Shown here piece by piece: positions 9,601 to 17,156 of a DNA stretch of 57,039 bases; positions within the stretch are counted from its first letter, which is position 1, and each line of letters opens with the position of its first letter. A program made the position numbers and the translations under genes. The notes beneath the pieces are model-generated. The model did not search any database. It was not told the DNA's origin and saw only the letters and a program-made list of their open reading frames with translations. The stretch is from a virus (Duplodnaviria; Caudoviricetes). The DNA is taken from IMG/VR virus record IMGVR_UViG_3300037882_003134, positions 1-57,039 of that record; one strand, written 5' to 3'.

Positions 9601-10617
9601 CTATGCCGCAACCAGAGACAACAGAGAAGAAGACTTTTGATCCGCTTCCGTGCGGTCGCCAGCGTCGAGTTCACGCGAGAGTTGCGTGAGAGCATCCACA
9701 AGAGACCAAATGGTGAAGGCTCCCTTGTTGGAAGCAATCTCCAGCGCTTGCTTGGCCAGCTTCCGGGTTACCCCTTGGCCTGTCATCAGCGACATCGCTT
9801 CGTCGGCGTCACCCGCCGATTCAGCCATCGCCTTTTTGACGACCTGATAGAAGCCGTCCTTGCGCGCATCTCGCTTTTCGACCAGCTCTTCGATCCGTTG
9901 CCGGATTTCCGAGAGGCCGGAGGAAACGGACGCAGTGTGCTTCCGCTTCCATGAAACAACATCGGTCGCGTCCCACACGAGGTGGTTGGCGCAGACCTTC
10001 TGAAACCAAAACGTTTCGATCCCAAGGCTTCTCCTCCCAACTTCCGAGTTCCAAACGAAGAATCCGGGGGCGAACGCTTCGCCACCGATTTCAACCCAAC
10101 CCAGCGGATCGATCAGGAACACAAACATGTCCTGCTCGCCCGCGTAGAGGCCGGTTGCTCCGTTAAAGCCCTTCTGAGGGGGTGTGAAGTCCACAGCAAA
10201 TTCGCGGATCATTCCGACAAGATCGGCATCCCAAAGACGGGTATATGCCGTGCCGTGAATGGATCGAACGCCCTGCGTATCGGTGAGAAGTTGCAGAGGC
10301 TTGTTGCCCTCGCGGGGCAGGGTCTCAGCGAAGACCTTATCCGCTGTCGTCGGAGTGAGGCGGTTTACTGTTTCTTTCGCCACTCCTGCCAGGCGGCAGA
10401 GTTGGGAGAAAGACCAGTCGTTCATGAAGAACGCCTCCCCATCCATCGCCAGCTTCAGGTCTCCATTGCCGACCGTCTTCAAGTTCTGCGGAGGATGCCA
10501 TCGATCGACTGCGTCCTCTTTCTTCTTCCGGCAGTAGTTCCACAGGTCGGTGAGCGATTCGTACCGCTCGTCCGGTTCCCGTGCGAACAACTGCTTGCTC
10601 GCGCGTGTAAGTAACAT
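9601..10617 (-). CDS. DUF932-family protein
   Basis: GGAGG SD; LYAGEQDMFVFL, WNSEVG, VCANHLVW, RKHT motifs. Confidence 0.8.
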   Translation of the reverse strand: MLLTRASKQLFAREPDERYESLTDLWNYCRKKKEDAVDRWHPPQNLKTVGNGDLKLAMDGEAFFMNDWSFSQLCRLAGVAKETVNRLTPTTADKVFAETLPREGNKPLQLLTDTQGVRSIHGTAYTRLWDADLVGMIREFAVDFTPPQKGFNGATGLYAGEQDMFVFLIDPLGWVEIGGEAFAPGFFVWNSEVGRRSLGIETFWFQKVCANHLVWDATDVVSWKRKHTASVSSGLSEIRQRIEELVEKRDARKDGFYQVVKKAMAESAGDADEAMSLMTGQGVTRKLAKQALEIASNKGAFTIWSLVDALTQLSRELDAGDRTEADQKSSSLLSLVAA

Positions 10618-10673
10618 TGCATACCCTCCAATCATGTGAATGAGCATTCGTGCGCTGGAACATCCAGAACACG

Positions 10674-10975
10674 CTGGGAGGGTACGCCTGCGAGAAAAGA
10701 GGCGCAAACGTGAAGCCGAGGCGAAGCCGGGTGTGCGGCTTCACTGGGCGAAGCGGGAGAGAACTGGGTTCCAGCCCCCCGCGGCGATGGAACCAGGTGT
10801 GTCAGTTCTCTTTCGCGTTGGGGGGCTTCCCTTTGCTGCCGAACCACATCTTGCCAGTGGCGGAGAGGCCTTCGAGAGATCGGTGTGCCGTAGCGACCTT
10901 TCCCCCTACGGCATCCGGCTACGACTTATGAAAGTCACTAGCTTGGCGGCTGGAGGCTTGCTCCCAGGCAGCGAA
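10674..10975 (+). other. Multi-hairpin structured element (candidate ssDNA promoter/origin or ncRNA)
   Basis: Several nested inverted repeats, GCGAAGC mini-hairpins; G-T pairs work on + strand. Confidence 0.55.
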
Positions 10976-10981
10976 GTCATT

Positions 10982-11749
10982 TTACAGCAGTTTCACTCGT
11001 TCCTTTGGACCACCGAACGTCGGCCACCACACGGGATCGTGTGCGAGGTTCACATCCGTGCGATTGAACTCGTTGAGTGTGCAGAAGAGGAAGAGGTTTA
11101 ACTGATTGTGGCCGGCTTCCCGGAGTACTTGTCTGGCAGCCGACCGGATGTACGACATATCCCCGTGTTGGTCGATGATGAAGAGGACGCGGAACGGCCG
11201 CTTGAAGTCCAGGTACAGCCGCAGGTAGTTCTTAAACTTGATCCTCCACTTCGTTTCCACGATGTCGGAGAGCTGCATTTCAATGAAGAACAGATAGCGT
11301 TCCACCCAGAACGTGAAGTCCGGGCGGAATCGATGCCCCATGAACGCCGTTCCCTTTTGCAGCCGTTCTGTCTTGTGACCGTTCACAGCCATATCCCGAG
11401 CGATCCGGGTAAATGTGCGGAACGTGAAGAAATCGTGGTGTGACTGTTCTCTCTCGGTTTGCTTGTACCGCTTGGGGAGTCGGATGTCGGTCAGGTACCG
11501 ATAGACCTGCGAACGCGAACCAGGAATGCCCCACGTCGGAAGAAAATCCTGCATCTGCTCCACGGACATTCCGAGCCGCACGAGCTTCTCCACTTCAAGC
11601 AAGCGTTCTTTCTCTTCCTCGACTATTACGGGTTTCAGAATCGAAGAACGGTTCCGTTTGGGTTCTACGCTGGAAATAACCTGTTCGTAGCGAGTTCGCC
11701 CGTCCCGGTTTTCGTCCCCAGTGCCATTCCTGATACCATCCTCACGCAT
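10982..11749 (-). CDS. Second Replic_Relax-like protein
   Basis: HHD, FRPDF, FFIEMQ, K..NY, FRVLFI motifs. Confidence 0.65.
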   Translation of the reverse strand: MREDGIRNGTGDENRDGRTRYEQVISSVEPKRNRSSILKPVIVEEEKERLLEVEKLVRLGMSVEQMQDFLPTWGIPGSRSQVYRYLTDIRLPKRYKQTEREQSHHDFFTFRTFTRIARDMAVNGHKTERLQKGTAFMGHRFRPDFTFWVERYLFFIEMQLSDIVETKWRIKFKNYLRLYLDFKRPFRVLFIIDQHGDMSYIRSAARQVLREAGHNQLNLFLFCTLNEFNRTDVNLAHDPVWWPTFGGPKERVKLL

Positions 11750-12215
11750 GTCCCAAGGATCGTATCAGGATTATCTGAACGGCGCTCATTGGAAACGGCA
11801 GCGGAGACGCTCTCTTCGGTACCACAACTACACGTGCCAGGGCTGCGGACGATACTTCGGAAAAGCAGGTTCGTGGATGCTCGACGTGCATCACACGCCG
11901 GAAGCATACGGAATGCTCGGCAAAGAGTCTCTCGAATCGATTGTGCCGCTCTGCAGCGGCCGGGGAAAATCAACCAAGTGCCATCCGAAGGGAAAATACA
12001 CCAAAGGCGCGATGAAGATCGATCGCGGGGCGTGGACGTGGATTCGGCTACTGGAGACCGTCTTCTCGCTCCGCACGCTTAAACTGATGTGGAGTATCGC
12101 GTGGTGGACACTGAAGATGCTTTGGAACGTGCTGTGCTACGCATTGTTGTTCCTGAACATGCTTTGGTGTCTTCTACTCGGATTCTGCGGAGTGAAGACC
12201 TACTTCTCCGAATGA
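11748..12215 (+). CDS. HNH-like protein with hydrophobic C-terminus
   Basis: YL...HW..R, CQGCG, LDVHH, VPLC..CH. Confidence 0.7.
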   Translation: MSQGSYQDYLNGAHWKRQRRRSLRYHNYTCQGCGRYFGKAGSWMLDVHHTPEAYGMLGKESLESIVPLCSGRGKSTKCHPKGKYTKGAMKIDRGAWTWIRLLETVFSLRTLKLMWSIAWWTLKMLWNVLCYALLFLNMLWCLLLGFCGVKTYFSE

Positions 12216-12487
12216 GCCCACTGCTCATACGCGATCGTCAGTTGCCTTCGTAGGGCTTCGACTTCCTCCTTTGCTGCCAAGTAAGACGATCGATGCGTGA
12301 GGGCGTACAACGCGAGCATCGCCACACAACGACTCCGCTCGTCACCATCGGGCAAGGCGTTCACCAAACGAACGTGGTGATCCAGCTTCCGCTTTGCTTG
12401 GGCGTAGCTCAATTGTGCTTCTGCCATCTTCCGGTGGCAGATTCGGTCGATCGTTTCTTCCACGTCACTGCGTTCGTTCGATTCCAT
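12200..12487 (-). CDS. Hypothetical helical protein
   Basis: 95-aa ORF. Confidence 0.45.
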   Translation of the reverse strand: MESNERSDVEETIDRICHRKMAEAQLSYAQAKRKLDHHVRLVNALPDGDERSRCVAMLALYALTHRSSYLAAKEEVEALRRQLTIAYEQWAHSEK

Positions 12488-12593
12488 GACCGAATCTCAC
12501 CGTACCACCTGCGGGTTCCGCGACGCAGAACGCGAGCACGAGAAGCAACAGCAAAAGTAGCCGACGAAGGGTGCAGCAGTTCACCAGCATGAG

Positions 12594-12854
12594 CTAGGAC
12601 GTAGCCTTCTCGATCTTGTGGGCGTTGCCAATCAGACCGAGACCGGCGAGAGCCGTGACCACCGGAACGAACGCGATCTGCAGACCATCGAGACAGCCGA
12701 ACAGATCGAGGTTGCCCATCATGCAGTTTCCAGCGACGGTGAACACGTCACCGAGTGCTGTGAGCAGGGCACCGATACCGACAACGATCAGGCCATAGCC
12801 CGCGATCGCTGACTTCTTACCGTTGAGGCCGGGGATGTCGAGGATGCTTCGCAT
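12594..12854 (-). CDS. Holin-like membrane protein
   Basis: LNGKKS..2 TM..GLGLIG.AHKIEK; follows endolysin. Confidence 0.65.
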   Translation of the reverse strand: MRSILDIPGLNGKKSAIAGYGLIVVGIGALLTALGDVFTVAGNCMMGNLDLFGCLDGLQIAFVPVVTALAGLGLIGNAHKIEKATS

Positions 12855-12866
12855 GCGCTCAGTGTA

Positions 12867-13451
12867 CTACTTCGAAATACGCTGAAGTAATCTTTCCCTC
12901 TGTCTGACAAGCGATTCTTTCGTGGAGCCTTCAGCCCTCTCAATGCGGGCTTCCAAGCGATTAAGCCTTGCGGATGCACTTAGCCAAGCGAACGCACCGA
13001 AGAACGTACCTGTCGCCCGAAGGTGATTCGCCAAAAGCTCCGCAAACGGATAGCCAGGACAGGATGTGGAATCGACCGTGCCGTGGTTCACAATGTCCTC
13101 CAGCTTGATGCCCCATCGGTCAACAATCTCTGGACCGAGAACGAACCACTCATCAATCTGCGCCTGCGTTGGATTCTCCTTCGTGAAGTCTCCAGCGAAG
13201 CACACGGCAATACCCGTGGCGTTGAAGTCGATCTTGGCATTGGGGCCTTTATCGACAACCGTGTGCGCTCCACGCTCTCCCTCCCTTCGATACTGCTTCC
13301 GCGTCCCGTCCTTCTCGATGAGGTAGTTGTAACCGCCGCTGTAACCGAGTTCGCTCTTCGGAAAGCCGCGTCGCTTGTGGCTTGCGTCGATCTTCTCGAA
13401 TTGCGGCTTGCTGGAGGCGTCGGCCGAATGGTGTGCAATCAGGTACTTCAT
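12867..13451 (-). CDS. N-acetylmuramoyl-L-alanine amidase endolysin (Amidase_2)
   Basis: IAHHS, GYNYLI, GAH, IAVCFAGDF, HG....TSCPG Zn ligands. Confidence 0.9.
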   Translation of the reverse strand: MKYLIAHHSADASSKPQFEKIDASHKRRGFPKSELGYSGGYNYLIEKDGTRKQYRREGERGAHTVVDKGPNAKIDFNATGIAVCFAGDFTKENPTQAQIDEWFVLGPEIVDRWGIKLEDIVNHGTVDSTSCPGYPFAELLANHLRATGTFFGAFAWLSASARLNRLEARIERAEGSTKESLVRQRERLLQRISK

Positions 13452-13629
13452 CCGCAGCAGGAGCAGGGGGCTAGGATCGCGAGCAGCTTATCACGTTCTT
13501 CGGCACTGATCTCCTCGCACTCGAATTCCACCTGCACCCTGTTTCGTTGGTGCTGCAGATAACCCTCGTTTCGCGTTCCCGCTGCCTCTTGGCACTCCAT
13601 TTCAAGCCGGTGGAAGTATGGGGATTCAC

Positions 13630-13986
13630 TCAAGGGATCAGGGTAAGGGCATCAAGTGCGCTCATTGAAGCACCGCGGGGAGAAGGATTGCACGCCAAGC
13701 GCTCCTGTTCCGTGTCGGCGGTGTTCTGGCAAATTTGCCGGAGGAAATACTGTTCTGTTGCCGCACGAACCTCACCTGTCGCCACTACGGTATCGACTTT
13801 CCCCTCGATCCGCCGAAGTCGCACATCCATGTCTGCATGGGCGGCTTCCGATCGTTGATTGAAGCCGGCGTTCATCCACATGATGAAGGCAACCGCGCAG
13901 ATAGCGATGACCGGAACGGTCCCGAGAGTTTTCACGCTCTCTACGAAGCTCTTGATCGCGGCCGGCGCGGCTAGAGCGGGGATCAT
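13630..13986 (-). CDS. Membrane/coiled-coil protein in lysis module
   Basis: Single TM then amphipathic helix. Confidence 0.55.
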   Translation of the reverse strand: MIPALAAPAAIKSFVESVKTLGTVPVIAICAVAFIMWMNAGFNQRSEAAHADMDVRLRRIEGKVDTVVATGEVRAATEQYFLRQICQNTADTEQERLACNPSPRGASMSALDALTLIP

Positions 13987-14711
13987 GCTGCAGCGGAGAG
14001 TTCAGTAATTGGCTCGGCATCGGCATCACTTGTCGGCGTCTGGGTCATGTGCTCCGTGGTGCCGTCCGTGCGATACGTCTTGCCGGTCGATGCCACGAAT
14101 CGGCTCACAAGTTTGAGACCAGCAGATAGAAGTGAGTGGATGGGGGCTGTGGCCTCCACTTGGTCGAAGTCACGTTTCAAGAGTGCGTCTGCGTTTTCAA
14201 TCGCAGTCGGAATATCGCTTACTGCCGCAGGAGAAGCAGGAATCAGATCGGTTTTGGCTTTGATTGCGGCGACCTCCGTGTCGATGTATCCGGCAATCGC
14301 GTCTGTTGCTGCTGCGATCACCGAAGCGTCTGCCGGGTCACTGGGTAGGTTATCCGTCTTTGTCTTTACCGCTGCAACGCTTTCGTCGGCAAGATATGGG
14401 ATCTCTGCGCTTGCGTGGGCTACAGTGTGGATGAGAACGCCTTGATCCTCCCATTCTTTCGGGTTCGTCTGATCAATGATGCTCAGGCAGATTTGCCGAG
14501 CCTGCATCTCTGTGGCCGTCAGCGGAACGCTGTACCACCCGTGCCCTTCCTCCGTAAAGGTGGCTGTTGTCGTGTTCGCTGCGGCTCCGCCATCCTTAAT
14601 GATCTTGATGTCACCCGACGCAGCGGCTGCCCCAGTCAGAAAATCCGTCGCTCCGAAATCGATAAGCGTGAAGTAGATTGTGGTCGCCACTCCATAGCGT
14701 CGTTGGAGCAT
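13983..14711 (-). CDS. Tail-associated virion protein
   Basis: Repeated KTD.LP..PA motif; position in tail module. Confidence 0.65.
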   Translation of the reverse strand: MLQRRYGVATTIYFTLIDFGATDFLTGAAAASGDIKIIKDGGAAANTTTATFTEEGHGWYSVPLTATEMQARQICLSIIDQTNPKEWEDQGVLIHTVAHASAEIPYLADESVAAVKTKTDNLPSDPADASVIAAATDAIAGYIDTEVAAIKAKTDLIPASPAAVSDIPTAIENADALLKRDFDQVEATAPIHSLLSAGLKLVSRFVASTGKTYRTDGTTEHMTQTPTSDADAEPITELSAAA

Positions 14712-14723
14712 GCGTTCAGTATA

Positions 14724-15512
14724 TCATGGTCGCATTACTCCGCGCATCACCCCGCGAAGGATTGATCGATCACGAAACGCTACAGCGGAAGTCGAACACG
14801 CCAGGCCGTAGATATCATCCAGTTCGGCATCAGTCAGCGCGACATTCCACACGACGAGGTCTTGGATGAGACCATCCCACCCTTCATTCAATCCGATCAA
14901 GTCCGGTCGTGTGCCGATTGCGAACGTTCCTGATCCGTCGCGAAGTCCCGCGGCGGCGCTGCTTCCGAGTGTCATAGACGCAGCAGCAGCCCCGTTAAGT
15001 GATATTTTCGCCGCATCTGACTCTACAGTGCATGAAATCGCAACGTGGTAAATGGAACCAGCGCTTAGAGTTGTGTTGTAGGTCAAGTCAGTAAAATTAC
15101 TGGAGCTATCTCGCCAGCCAACACGGAATTGATTCGTACCGGCAAGATTGCGATATGTGAAGAAGTATTCTTCGTTTGCTCCACCACCAGAACTCCACTT
15201 GGCGAATATATTGCGTCCTTCACCAGACGACGTTGCAGACTCGTTCTTAAGCCACATTGCAGCAGAAAAGTTGCCGTTGAATGACAGGCCACTTTGCGAT
15301 CCGTCAGTGATTGAGAGGTATTCATCGCTTCCCTTCTCGAAGTCGCCCGCAAGTTCGGTGCATTGCAACTCAGCGCTAGTGACAGTGTTGTTGTCTGTTA
15401 GCGTATTGCTCGCAACCGAATCGGCGCGTGACCCGCTTTCTTCATTCAACTTCCACCGTGAAACGATCGATCCACTTTGTGGAAATGCCGAAAGGAGAGG
15501 CAGAAACGACAT
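14724..15512 (-). CDS. LamG/ConA-like lectin domain tail protein
   Basis: WKLNEESG..D, FSAAMW, YHVA, DGLIQDLVVWNVAL. Confidence 0.8.
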   Translation of the reverse strand: MSFLPLLSAFPQSGSIVSRWKLNEESGSRADSVASNTLTDNNTVTSAELQCTELAGDFEKGSDEYLSITDGSQSGLSFNGNFSAAMWLKNESATSSGEGRNIFAKWSSGGGANEEYFFTYRNLAGTNQFRVGWRDSSSNFTDLTYNTTLSAGSIYHVAISCTVESDAAKISLNGAAAASMTLGSSAAAGLRDGSGTFAIGTRPDLIGLNEGWDGLIQDLVVWNVALTDAELDDIYGLACSTSAVAFRDRSILRGVMRGVMRP

Positions 15513-15513
15513 G

Positions 15514-16599
15514 CTAAGCGATTCGAACAACAACAGCTTGCCCCGCTCCAGAAGCAGCTCCGCTCGTTGAATCTGCAACGGCACCCGATCCTGCTGCCGC
15601 TTCATCACTCGTTCCCGGGCTTCCGGCTGTCACATTGTATGTACCAGAGTTCGTGATCGTTCCACGTACAAAAGCCGCGAAGCAACCCGGAGCACCCGGA
15701 GCACCACCACCGGCCGCGAGTGCGTACTTGCTCGCAGAACCAGTGGAAACCGACCCATTACTCGCATTGCTGGTACTCATATTCACTGTGCCGGTGTGCG
15801 AGTAGTCTCCTCCGCAGAACACCAGCATCGATCCGCCTCCATCCGACCCCGCTCCAGACGTAGCCGTAAACGTTCCCGAGGTATATCCGAACACTGCGGC
15901 AGCAGCTCCGCCGCTTGGCCCACCGGCACCGGGAGCCATCGTGATGCCAAACTGTGATGCCAAGTACGCAATCGCAGCGGTGATTGCTGTTCCGGCCGCT
16001 CGACCCACTGCCGAAGCAATGCCGGCTGTAGCAGTGCTCGACGCACTTCCAGAATTCACGGCACTCGCCGATCCGCCTCCACCGCTAGCCGCAGCCTTCG
16101 GGTCGTTGTCGGTCAAGTCTGAATCGGCCAAGCCAGCCTGTCCGCATCGAGTTTGTCCGGCGTTGTTCACCGGCTCTGTTGCGGCGTCCCCGGCCGAGGA
16201 GTCTTGAGTACCAGAAGTGAGGCTCACTACAACAGCATCGCCCTTCGCAGATCCTTCTCCGTTCAGGGAGATCGTTCCAGCCATCGTGTAGTTCCCTTGC
16301 ACGATCGGAATGAAGAGCAGGCCTTCGGCGGGAACATTCGAGAACGCCAATGTGGCTCCCACCGACACGTTAAAGCTCGTGTATTGCTTAATGACGATGC
16401 TTTCATTCTCGCAGTCGATCGTGGTTGTTCCCGAAGTGACGTTCAAGGCTCCGTCCGATCCATCCGCGTAGGCCGGGAAGAAGATTCTTGCCAGAAGATC
16501 GTCCAAATCACTGCGGTTCGTAACTACCTCCGCGCGCAGGTTGTTGTACTGAGCTGCGGTTGCGGTATCGCCGGCGCTGACATCTGACGAGGCTGGCAT
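15514..16599 (-). CDS. Gly/Ala/Ser-rich tail fibre-like protein
   Basis: DGSDGAL, polyglycine-type GGG/GAG runs. Confidence 0.7.
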   Translation of the reverse strand: MPASSDVSAGDTATAAQYNNLRAEVVTNRSDLDDLLARIFFPAYADGSDGALNVTSGTTTIDCENESIVIKQYTSFNVSVGATLAFSNVPAEGLLFIPIVQGNYTMAGTISLNGEGSAKGDAVVVSLTSGTQDSSAGDAATEPVNNAGQTRCGQAGLADSDLTDNDPKAAASGGGGSASAVNSGSASSTATAGIASAVGRAAGTAITAAIAYLASQFGITMAPGAGGPSGGAAAAVFGYTSGTFTATSGAGSDGGGSMLVFCGGDYSHTGTVNMSTSNASNGSVSTGSASKYALAAGGGAPGAPGCFAAFVRGTITNSGTYNVTAGSPGTSDEAAAGSGAVADSTSGAASGAGQAVVVRIA

Positions 16600-17144
16600 T
16601 AAGCGTCGGCGAAGGTGAACGTAGAATCTACCGTTACCGTATTCGGTGCGCTCTTCGACTGCTGTTGAATGTGATGCGAGAGCATCGTTCCGCTATCCGC
16701 ATCAGAAGTTCCATCGATGAAATGTCCCCATTCCTCCCAGGTGACGTTCGCTTCGCTCGCGCCGATGAATGTGCTGATATTGGCAACAGAATCATCATCC
16801 AGACGAGAGGAAACGGCCTTGCGGAACACTTCGTTTCCTAGAGCCGTATCGCCGGCTGTAGCGGCAGTGTTATCGTCCCCAATCGCAAAGTGCGTCACGT
16901 ACTTGGATGACTCCTCTGCCGTATTGCAGAGGATCTTTGCGAGAAAGTTGAGGCCGCTGTCCACAACGATGTTATGGCACACGTGCCTCTGCACTAAAAG
17001 ATGCTGGACTTTCGGCAGCCACAGATGACCTTTTCCGATTTCGTACCACTTCTGCAGCTCGTCAATGAGTCGCTCGTCTGCACGAGTCTTCGGCGCGAAG
17101 TGCCGGAAGATATGCACGCCCTTGACGGTAATCGCCCGATGCAT
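16599..17144 (-). CDS. Tail/baseplate protein
   Basis: NIVV..G, AIG..TA....DT.L.NE.FRK, EAN..W.E.G.F motif. Confidence 0.75.
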   Translation of the reverse strand: MHRAITVKGVHIFRHFAPKTRADERLIDELQKWYEIGKGHLWLPKVQHLLVQRHVCHNIVVDSGLNFLAKILCNTAEESSKYVTHFAIGDDNTAATAGDTALGNEVFRKAVSSRLDDDSVANISTFIGASEANVTWEEWGHFIDGTSDADSGTMLSHHIQQQSKSAPNTVTVDSTFTFADA

Positions 17145-17156
17145 GGAAAGAGTGTA

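Larger units (their letters stand above)
1615..11749. mobile_element. Integrative/mobilisable element module (int, xis, Prim-Pol, Replic_Relax, VirD4-like ATPase, DUF932); right boundary uncertain
   Basis: Gene content; SD-led genes; no att duplication found. Confidence 0.65.
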
